DNA of 64,000 nt from NCBI GenBank assembly GCA_002269645.1, contig NIVC01003856.1, positions 9,521 to 73,520 on the forward strand, written 5' to 3'. Below are positions 1-10,300 of the stretch, in pieces (position 1 is the stretch's first letter; each line of letters opens with the position of its first letter). Both the position numbers and the translations under genes were made by a program. Under the pieces are notes generated by a model. It did not search any database. It saw only the letters and a list, made by a program, of their open reading frames with translations, and was not told the origin of the DNA. The DNA is from Macrostomum lignano. Lineage: Eukaryota.

Positions 1-213
1 GGTGTATTGCATTTCTCTTCTTTAAGCGGGGTAGGCCGCGAAGACAGTGTTGGGTTTCCTGAAAGCGGCAGTTTCAGGCCCGCTCGATGCCATGGCAAAA
101 AAAAACGGTTTGCGTCCTGGCGGGCAGGCCAGTCAACTTCGTCTTGCACTTGACGCAGGAAATTTTCTCCGCAACTTTCAACTTATTTTCAGACCGACTT
201 GAACAGTCAGGGA

Positions 214-364
214 GCCACGTGGCACGGGGGAACGCGCAGATGCCGCTCCCACGGATCACCCTAGGACTCAACAAGCCAGTCCACGTGGCAACTGCTCAAC
301 CCTAGAAGGTTCCTATCAGCGCCGCGAGTCCGCGGGCTGGGGTTGCTGCCGTGTCAAACGTGGC
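214..364 (+). promoter_or_regulatory. Repeated CCACGTGG/ACGTGGC motifs upstream of the ER cyclophilin (UPR/bZIP-like or E-box sites)
   Basis: GCCACGTGGC at 214-223, CCACGTGG at 281-288 and ACGTGGC at 358-364, which is 130-280 bp upstream of the ATG at 497. Confidence 0.35.
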
Positions 365-496
365 ACAGCCCGACAGAAAAAGCATAAAAGGAAGCAGCCC
401 GAAGCCGAGCCGAGGCTCACTTCAAACCAACCAGGAGCTCAACTTTGCTCAGTCAGTTGCATTTCCTTCAACTATTTCCTGGAATCTACAGTCGCA

Positions 497-2036
497 ATGA
501 AACTGCAGCTAGCCCTGTCTGTCTTCTGCTGCGCCTGCCTGTGGGCGGCCTCGCAGGCCAGTGCGATGAATTCAAACTACACGGTCACCGAGGAGGTCTG
601 GTTCGAGGTCCGCGTCAAGGACATGGACGGCCCCGGCGAAGACTTCACTGGAAAGTGAGTACCCCAGGTTAAATTAGAAATTCGAGAAAGAACTTCTAAA
701 TATTTATCGCTTTCCAAATTATGGGACTTTCAGTTAGGATTCGCTGCCGTTTAGAAAAGGAGTTCCTCAGAAGTCTTTCCTCTCTAGAAGCTACAAAGCG
801 TAATCACAATTCTCGCTAAGAGAACTGGACTTCTGGAGACGAATGTTTCCGTGTGATGCGTACGAGCTACTTCAGTTTAGAAGTCCCTTTCACTGCAACA
901 CGCTGCTCATAAGCATAAGAATAAATAAATTTGACCTTTGCCGTGCACCCGAAGGTTCACCGTAGCCGTATTCGGCGAGGCCGCGCCGATGACCACAATG
1001 AACTTCGTGTCGCTTGCCCGGGGCTACAAGTTCCGCGGCGAGAATCTGCACTACAAGAACACGCCAGTGCACCGCGTGGTGCCCGACTTCGTCGTCCAGA
1101 TGGGCGACATCACCACCGGGGACGGCACCGGCGGCACCAGCATCTACGGTCCGCGATTCAACGACGAGCCCTTCATCCTGTCCCACCGGTCGCCCGGCTG
1201 GATCGCCATGGCCAACCACGGCCCGGACACCAACGGTTCCCAGTTCTACATCCTGCTCACCAAGGCCCGCTGGCTGGACAATAAGCACGTCGTGTTCGGC
1301 AAGGTCATCAAGGGATTCGTAAGTGCATCTGGAAGAATTGGGGCACTGAAGACACCAGAGCAAACCAGATCGTTTAAGGTTTCTTTTCTTAAGGATTATC
1401 GGAATTTTAAGCCCCGGGGTCTCGACCTCGTATTAGTCGGATTTTCAAATCAGACGAGCAGATGTTGAACATCTCGGCTCCGTTTAACTCCTTTCACATT
1501 CAGCGGAATCGAACTCGAAAAATCCATGATTTAAGACGTTTCTTTGTTTTTGGTGTCCTCTCGCTCAATTGCAAAAATAGTCTTCCGGAAGACTGCCGCT
1601 GCAATGCACAAATAGAACACTTCCCCATGAAAACGGAACCTACTAGGACAAAAAGCGTCCCAGAGCCACTTGCGTCTTTCAGAGTCGTTGCAGGTAAAAC
1701 GTGTGAAATAGGAACTCATTCTAGACGACTACGACTCTAAAACGACGAAACTGCAAGCTGCAAACTGCAGTCGCCTCTCCGTCTGTTAATCTGTTGATTC
1801 CAAGCAATTATCGGTTTAGTAACAAGTTCAACCGAACTAAACAGCCATCTTTTCCCACCTAACCAAACCAGGACGTGGTCAAGACAGTCGGCGAAGTGCC
1901 CTCCGACCCAGACACGGCGGTGCCGCGCAAGCGCATCATGATCGAGGACTGCGGCGTGGTGGGCATCAAGGAGCGCTACGAGCTGAAGCCGAGCGAGCTG
2001 GACAGCACAGACGACGTGAAGCGGACTGAGCTGTGA
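497..2036 (+). CDS. PPIB: ER-type peptidyl-prolyl cis-trans isomerase (cyclophilin B-like), 3 exons
   Basis: Exons 497-654, 955-1318 and 1872-2036 join in phase at GT-AG sites. The protein has a signal peptide (MKLQLALSVFCCACLWAASQASA), the cyclophilin motifs HRVVPDFVVQMGD, MANHGPDTNGSQF and WLDNKHVVFGKV, and ends in RTEL, a KDEL-like ER retrieval signal. Confidence 0.92.
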
Positions 2037-2640
2037 ACAAAAAACTTTCGAACTTTAAATGAAGCATCTTCAGTGTTTAATAATGCAATTAAATATAATC
2101 AGCGATTTAGAACATTCTCGAATGCCTATTAGTAATAAGAAACTGAATCAAACATAACACATTAATATTATAAAACAGTTACGGTTCTAGTGCAAAACTT
2201 GTCGAATGATTAATTATAAAAATAACTGGGACAAGATTCTCAGCTGGAATAAATGTTTATTATAATATCGAACTACTAATAGTAGAACACAAACAGTAGA
2301 TTTTGAATTTTCGTGTCGTTTATTTCGCACAAATACAACTATTAAGAGTTGCAAGCTGAGCCACTGTAAAGAGTTATTGAGAACCGAAAAAATGCATAAA
2401 TAATTTGACTTAGCAGACTACAAAATTTGGTTAAGCGGTTAAATGCGCCATTAAAAAAAATACAGCTGCTTGTAGAAAAAAACAAAACAGTATGAAACAA
2501 TTGGACATTGGCAGACCACGCAAATAATAAATTATTGACATAACAAAATAGTTAAAACAATAAATAACAGGTACAAACAACCCTGTCCATAACAGGTTTG
2601 ATGGGGGAATATAAACATTAGAATAAGCATAGAATTAAAC

Positions 2641-3020
2641 AGGCAACAGGGTCACATGATCACGGCAACCACCTGGCAGCAGGGTCTCATGATCACGGCA
2701 ACCACCTGGCAACAGGGTCTCATGATCACCCGGCAACCACCTGGCAACAGGGTCTGATGATCACCCGGCAACCACCTGGCAACAGGGTCTCATGATCACC
2801 CGGCAACCACCTGGCAACAGGGTCTCATGATCACCCGGCAACCACCTGGCAACAGGGTCTCATGATCACCCGGCAACCACCTGGCAACAGGGTCTCATGA
2901 TCACCCGGCAACCACCTGGCAACAGGGTCTCATGATCACCCGGCAACCACCTGGCAACAGGGTCTCATGATCACCCGGCAACCACCTGGCAACAGGCTCA
3001 CATGATCACCCGGTACACCA
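2641..3020. repeat. 35-bp minisatellite, about 10 copies, in the NF-YB 3' end
   Basis: Unit GGCAACAGGGTCTCATGATCACCCGGCAACCACCT repeated in tandem. Confidence 0.95.
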
Positions 3021-3900
3021 CCTGGCCGTTGCTATTCTCCAGGCCGGCCAGCGTCACGGCAGTCGGCGCCGAAACAACGGAAGGCGGAGGAGCGGCACCG
3101 CTGGCGTCAGCAGAGCTGGCAGCGGACGGCGTGTCCTGATTGACGCCACCGGAAGCCGAGGCGGAAGCGCCAGCGCTGCCAGCTCTCTCATTAGCCGCCT
3201 CCAGCTTGTTGGCCTCGCGGTATTTCAGCAGGTAGAGCTTCAGCGGCTCAATGTAGTTGTCAAGGCCCACGGCCTGAAGTGCATGGATAAAATCGATTTA
3301 TGCTTGCTAAATGCTAACTAGTAGTAATAAAAGAATTTTGAGCAAATATTGTTGCAGCAGGTTGAGCTGATGATGCTCAAGAAATCAATGCAGACTCGAT
3401 CCCTAAATAGATCGAAAGTGGCTGGTTTGAACTGAAGACCGGAAATCAGAAACTTTTGTTGCTACGGGACGGATGGTGCTGGCTAGTCAGGCCTCTCTTC
3501 TATGAAACAAAGCCCGAACCTACGAAGGGTCGCGTCTGTCGAGTGTTCCAAGTTCCCAGATTCCAAAGCCCTGATATGGACTGCAGCGTTTAAAAGACGG
3601 CACAGCCAACACAGTGAAATCCGCAGCCGCACCTGCATAGCGGTGAGGATGTCCTCCCCGTTCATAGTCTTGCGCTTGTCATCCTGGCACCGGTCAGAGG
3701 CCTCCGAGGTGATGAAGGAGATGAACTCGGAGACGCACTCCTGCACGCACTCTTTGGCCTCCTTGGTGATCTTGCCAGTCTCCGGGATGGTCCGCTTCAT
3801 GATCTTCGATATGTTGGCGATGGGCAGGAAGCGGTCCTGGTCACGGATGGGGGAGTGCTGGCCCACAGGGCGGTTCTCTCCACCAGGCGACTGCGGGTCC
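2998..3900 (-). CDS. NFYB: Nuclear transcription factor Y subunit beta (CCAAT-binding, histone fold); 5' end unresolved
   Basis: Exons from about 3900 to 3633 and 3273-2998 join in phase 0 (AMQ|[11 protein letters not shown]). Motifs: [67 protein letters not shown]. Confidence 0.92.
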
Positions 3901-4370
3901 AGGCTCGAGTCCAGAAGTTATTGCAATTTTAATAATCAGAGCAGTTTCTGTTGTGCTGTTTGGCTGCAAATACAAAAATAGCCAGGCTGCAGCAGCCTAA
4001 CTACCCTCTATAGGTACATATACTTGGTACTGGAAATGTTTGCAATAAAAGTATAGAAAATCAAACATGACCAGGATGATAAAAATATACTAATAATAGC
4101 AAGAGAGTTGTAGGCACCCTGGTGCAATCAATGTATTTGGCAACATTGTTCTACAACCACCACTTAGGCAATTCTACCTATTCTATTGACTTTTTCTACT
4201 AAAACAAGTGCAGAGATACTATAATAATAACAATAATTGATTACACTTGCCTTAATGGGCAAATGTGCAACAAACAGCTCAGGTATACAGCTATTGCACA
4301 ATGCATCTGAAGACTGCATTTGGCTGCTCAGTCAAAGGACTGAGGGTTGCCACACATTCTCAATTACCTT

Positions 4371-4463
4371 AGCTAATGCTGGCACCCATTCTATTCTACA
4401 GCTAGGTGAACTGATAAATAAAGCAATGCAAACTTAAATGTCTTGCTCAAGGATACAATTTGC
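4371..4463 (-). mobile_element. Degenerate CORE-SINE fragment
   Basis: AGCTAATGCTGGCACCCATT and TGTCTTGCTCAAGGATACAATTTG match the copies at 11180 and 60322. Confidence 0.6.
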
Positions 4464-5780
4464 TTCAGTGGAATTAGGAATCAAACCACCAATCCCTTTA
4501 CTCTAGAAATATATCCCATTTATATTTTTTATATCACAAACATTATATTACATTTATTATTTATCTACCCTTTTTTATTTTTCCATTGGCACAAAATAAG
4601 GGGATAAATCTTAACCATAAGAGTAGGGGCATTATAACTATATTATACATTGGAGGGCCCTATAATATATACTAGATACTAAAATAAACTAGAAGAACAC
4701 TATAAATATTATTATATTAGAAAGGTACTATCATATATGCACAACTGTTGGCTAACCTGGCCAATCTGGCCACTATAAATTATGGTTAACTAGGAAATGA
4801 GATAAGTTGCGAAAATGGCCACCCTAAATACAGATATAGTAAGCCTACAAATTAGATAATAAGCCATTTAGCCTTAATAAAACAATCAGCTACTCTTACT
4901 ATTTATCCAAAATTGTGTTAATTTTGTTTAAGGGTTTCTTTCATAAGTAAGTTGCATTTTTGGTCAAAAAGTAAGTTGCACAGCCAATGTAAATCAGGGG
5001 GATTACATATGCATAGGTACTATACTAGGCCTAAACAAATAGAGGGCAAACATTTTTTGATAAAGACCTAAGCTTAGGCCTTTTTAAGTTCGCTAAGCAA
5101 CTTTTAGCACTTTTCTTTTTTCTGTTTTGGATTTAATCATTGTCTATAGATTCAAAGTATTATAGTTTAGAAAATTGATAATAATAATAATCTGTAGGAC
5201 CATGGGATGGGACTATTAACCCAAAGGAAAAGGGGTAGGCCTAATAGGCCTATCTAGCCCTATCATTGACATTGGCATAATTGCCAGCCAAGTAGCCATA
5301 AAGGGAAGGGATAGTCTTTCTGGCTGCCCATGCCTGCCTACCTACCTACCCACTTAAATATAGTTATTTATAATAGTAATTAGGCCTAATAAGCAAATTT
5401 TACAAAGAAAACTTAACTAAAATTTTAATTTGATTGTCATTGAATTCAAGTAGGGGCCTAACTTATAAAGTCATGGCTTATAATTAATTGCATTAATTAT
5501 AGCCATAGGCTTACACATTTTTAACTTCTCTTGCTCAAGATATAATTATAACTTATATAAGTGGACATTAAATACAAAAAGCAAGAATAAATTAATTGAA
5601 ATATAATAGACCAAAACAAGAGCATATTGACTAGGCCTATGTCTAGCTAGCAAAATAAAGGTAGAAGGTAAGGTAAGGTAGGTACAAAAAGGTACAAGAA
5701 GGTAGGCCTATTAGTATATTAATATACATGCCCACTGGCATTGCCAACTAGGCATCTATCTGTTGAGCAGGCCTAGAAAT

Positions 5781-5900
5781 GGCAATCCTGAAAATTCCCG
5801 CGTTTAATTATTTTACGGAATTATTTCGCCCTATATTCAAGGGTGGTGGGGGGTGGGGGTTATAATTAAACGCGGGAATCTCCGAATCTTCAGGATAACC
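5781..5900. mobile_element. 120-bp MITE-like element with 8-bp TSD
   Basis: CTAGAAAT is duplicated at 5773-5780 and 5901-5908. Termini GGCAATCCTGAA / TTCAGGATAACC match as inverted repeats at 10 of 12 positions. A perfect 18-bp subterminal inverted repeat lies at 5794-5811 / 5862-5879. Confidence 0.75.
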
Positions 5901-7361
5901 CTAGAAATTACTGATTTTGCTTATAAAATCTTTTTAGGCCTTGTGATTAACTACATTACATAGATACACGTTGCTGACTAAAATTAGCATTACATGTAGT
6001 AGAGGGCATAGTGAAAGTGAACTCAATCAAGTAGAATTCAGGCTGCTGTGTAGCTGCGGCCGACGTACATACACGCTGTAAGTGCAATGTCCCTGGGGTT
6101 GTATACGGCATTAAAAGTCTAATTAAAATAACAAAGAAAACATTTTACTAGCGCAAAGAGAGTTAATCTTTTCTTTAAATGTCAAAGAAATAAATTTAAA
6201 AACTGTTTATTCAATATTTATCAATATTTTTAACCAACACAGTTTATTTTTGCTTTCATTAGACTCTAAACAATTTTAACTTCGGACAATATGCATTTTT
6301 ACCGAAATATAGTGCTCTGCTTCTTCTAATCAACAGTATAACAGACTTTTCGTAGTTTATTATAGGCCAGAGGAGGTTGGCCCCGATTATTGATTGGTTA
6401 TTTAAATTAAAATATTTGAACTGTAGCTGCTTTTGATTTTAGTTATAAGATACTTAGATTAGATGCACACAAACCGCGGTATAGTTTAGATTTGTAAAAC
6501 TGTTTAAGAGGTGTTTTTTTCTTAAAGAGTATTTAGCAATTATTTTTATCGAACACTCTCAGTTCGATTAACTACTATTTCTTACCTTGTAAATTTCCTC
6601 AGCGTATCGATGTTTTTTTCAGAACTACCAATACATGCATTTTTTGTGTTTTTATACTTTTGACCAGTCTCCCAAATCCCATGAGGCATCACGTTTTCAT
6701 CAAAATTTCATGGAAGTCATGAAAGCCTTGTCCCTTTAGTATTAAACTATAGTAGATAAAAATTAAAATTCTAAAAAAATCACATGTCATACACTAGAAT
6801 AAATAGACATCAACTGAATGAAAACCAAATCAAGATTTCCCATTTAGTGGAGAAATCTAGCTCGTATTTAATGAGTTTAATATGTAAGCAGTTTAAGTCA
6901 CACTATTTACCTATTTCTTCAGCTCACCTACACTCTTTCATAATACTCAATGTGCAAATTATCATAATTTTAACAAATTACATGTACAATGGTTTTATGT
7001 GCTGTTTCTAATAGACACCAACAATAGGCTGTTGAAGACAAATTGTAGACAACAACAATAGGCTGGCTTTGCATTAAGTGCAATAAGCAAAACAAAATCT
7101 GACGCGGCTGCTTTGTATTCTTATTAGATTTTTCACAAGGACCACTTCACAACACGAGGAAAGAAATTAGAATAATATAAAGCATGGAATTTTTTAGACT
7201 GCTAAAAATGACTCATTACTTAGCGGAAGAGATTATATTATACGAAACGTGCTTTCTTTAAAAAACTTCGAAAATAATGTAGATATTAGATATATATAGC
7301 ATTACCATAACATTTGATTTTTTTAAAGCGCTTTATTTGTTTTCTTCTGGCCGACTATCAG

Positions 7362-10300
7362 GCCCTCGATGGCAACGACAGCGGCGGTGACGGTGGCGGC
7401 AGTAGTGCGAGGAAGCGACGCGGAGGGCTAAGCCGCCTGGCGCAGAGGCGCGGCCTACTCTCGCCCAGCACCTCGAACCCTGATCTCGATTCCCCGCGTG
7501 AGCGTCAAGAAATGTCCGAGTCACCGCAGCGTCCATCGCCACCATTGCAGTCGTCGCCGCCGCCTCAGCGAGACAGTCGCCGAGCTCGGCAGAACGGCGA
7601 TACGAACGGCGATGCGTCGCTTTCAGTAGCCGCTGACTTTTCAGTGAAGTCCTCCCCACCGCCTGACCTGCACCGGAGTCACAGCACCCAGGAGCTCGAG
7701 CGGCTCAACGAATGGGACCGGGGCCACTCCAAGCGGCTCGGCCGTCTTGACCGGAAACTCGAGCGTCGTTTCGACTCCTCCGCACTGTCACTCGGAGCCA
7801 CCGCCTCCGGCGACGCCGCCAGCACCTCAGCCAGCGTGGCCTCCAGCACAGGCGGCGGCTCCTCGGCGCTGCGCCGGATCCCCGTCGGGGATGCACGGCG
7901 GCAGCCGCTGCTGCACGGCTCCGTGGCCGCCGGCGGCCTCCTTGGCGCTGATCAGCTCGACCAGTTAGTGCCCGACCGGCGACTCGAGCTCATGTCCGTG
8001 ACCTGGAATATGGGCGAAGCCACGCCGCAGGTTGGTGTCTGGGTCTTGGCTGCCCCTTCCATATCATTTTCTGAAAATGTAACACAGCTGTTTTCAACAG
8101 TTTGCATCCCGAAAGTTATGCCTTAATTAAAGCAGCACTGCGAGATTCAACTGGCAGAGCCATGCCTTCATCTAAGACTTCCCATTCCGATCTTTCACTT
8201 CATCAATCAGCCAGATAATCTCAAGACTCTCTGCAGAAATTTATTTTTCTCGGCCTTACAAAGTAGATCCAAACCTCGTGCTGCCCCGAGTCCCAGTGTC
8301 ATTAGCAGACTTGCTCTAATAGCCACATATCTTGTGTTGACAAGGTTTAGTTTCCTTAGTTCTCAAACACAAGGCAGCCTGTTTTGATCGCCTGTGTTCG
8401 AATGTCTTCCTATCTTGAAAAGAGAGACAGTGCTGCGTAGATCCAGCACTGCTCAGGCTGAGCATAGGTTATCATTGCTGTAAAAACCTCCCAGCTCTGA
8501 ACTAATAGGCAGCTTTGAACCGGACTTGAGTCGTCTTGTTAATTAAAGCCACCTGATCAATGCTCAGCTCACTTGCACGACCTGAACTGAAAGCCTCACG
8601 AGCGGCAGTGGCTCAGGTGTCCCGCTGCACGCTGGGCTTTGCTGATCACCTCCTCCCCGCTCTCTCCTTCGCTTTGCTTTTTCTAGCCTTGAAAGCGCCT
8701 CCTCCCCTTCCCCTCCAGGCCTTTCCAGAGTACCTGGATCCCCTGTTCTTCCCGCCGGATCAGGAGCACGTGCCCGACATCTACTCGCTCAGCGTGCAGG
8801 AAGTCTGCTCCGATGTGTGAGCGAACCGCCTGTCCTTACCTGCTTTGCAGTCGCACTCGCGCCATCTCAGTCTCTCACAGCCTCCTCCCGCCTCTTCTCC
8901 GCCACCCACAGAGAAGAGCTTCTTATCCGTTGCCAGGCAACTATCGGGCCAACGCACGTGCTGTTCGAGTTTTGCCACTACAAATCCCTTCTCTGCGCTG
9001 TGTTCATCCGACGCGATCTTGTCTGGTTCGTGTCTCGTAAGTCACTGTCTGCTTTGTTTCAAAGCTACTTTTAGTAGTCTGGTCAGTGTCGAAACTCGAG
9101 AGTGGCTCAATTAAAACCTATGAGGGCTTTACGATAGAATTGGATGAATAGATATAGATATATGGATTTTTAAGGCATTGGAATCCAGAACCGATGCAAT
9201 CTAACAATGATCAGAAAATTCACACCCGTTGTCTTCTTGCAGTGCCCGACACTTGCGCGGTGCAGACCAGGGCCGCTGTGTACACCAAGGGCTGCGCCGC
9301 TGTCTGCTTCACCCTGTTCGGCTCCTCAATGCTTTTCCTAAGCTGCCACTTCAAATGTGAGTAGCGGCGCTGCGACTGTCAATTTACCTTCAACCCTTCC
9401 TGACCGACTCTCAACTATCTTTCTTTCAGCCGACGACGGCAACTTTGAGGCCCGGATTGAAGATTACAAGAAAATTGTGCGCAAAGTTGACCTGCCGCGC
9501 TTCACCAAACCGATGTATCAGAGTAAGGCCTACCTGTATTTTCATACTATGAGGGCCTATTTATTGAGCCAGTAAGATGGGACTTAAGAAGGGCCCGTGT
9601 TTCTGATGTCAAAACTGGTGACGGAGCGTCATCGTTGTCAGCAGCTCGTCTGTTCATCTCGGCATTCTAGCGCCGACGTTCAGCTTTGAAGCCATACCGA
9701 GACCCTGTGGCTGATGAACTTTTGCCCCAATTTAGCAGAGGTTTCGACTTTTGTGCAGCCACCCTGATGTCATGTCTACCGCCATCAGTCGCGAATAACA
9801 TTCCATATCTGTCTTTCCAATATCCGCCAGGCGATGACGTCACAGAGCGATTCGACTACGTGTTCTGGGCCGGCGATTTGAACTTCCGCCTACGCGTCGG
9901 CGAGTCCAGCCGGCTACGCGTTGACCGCCTGCTGCAGGGCGAAAACTTCTCCGACCGGCTGACAGCCGTCGACGAACTCAAAATGGCGCAGGCCGAGGGT
10001 CGCGTGTTCGAGCACTTCCTAGAGGGCGACATCCGCTTCCCGCCTACCTACAAGTTCGACATCGACACGGACAACTACGATACCTCGGGAAAGCAGCGGG
10101 TGCCCAGCTACACGGTAGGCTCTTGAGACGATGCACAAAGTACTATTTTTTGTCATGGAAGTACTTTCTTTGTCAAAGCAGCACTAAAAGTGCATTGGTG
10201 CAAAGTTTACCTACGCAAGAGCAACGAATAAAATGTAGATGAGTTGGAGGATTTACCGTAGCGGGGTTGAGGCTAAAATTGAGGGAAACTGCGGAGTTTT

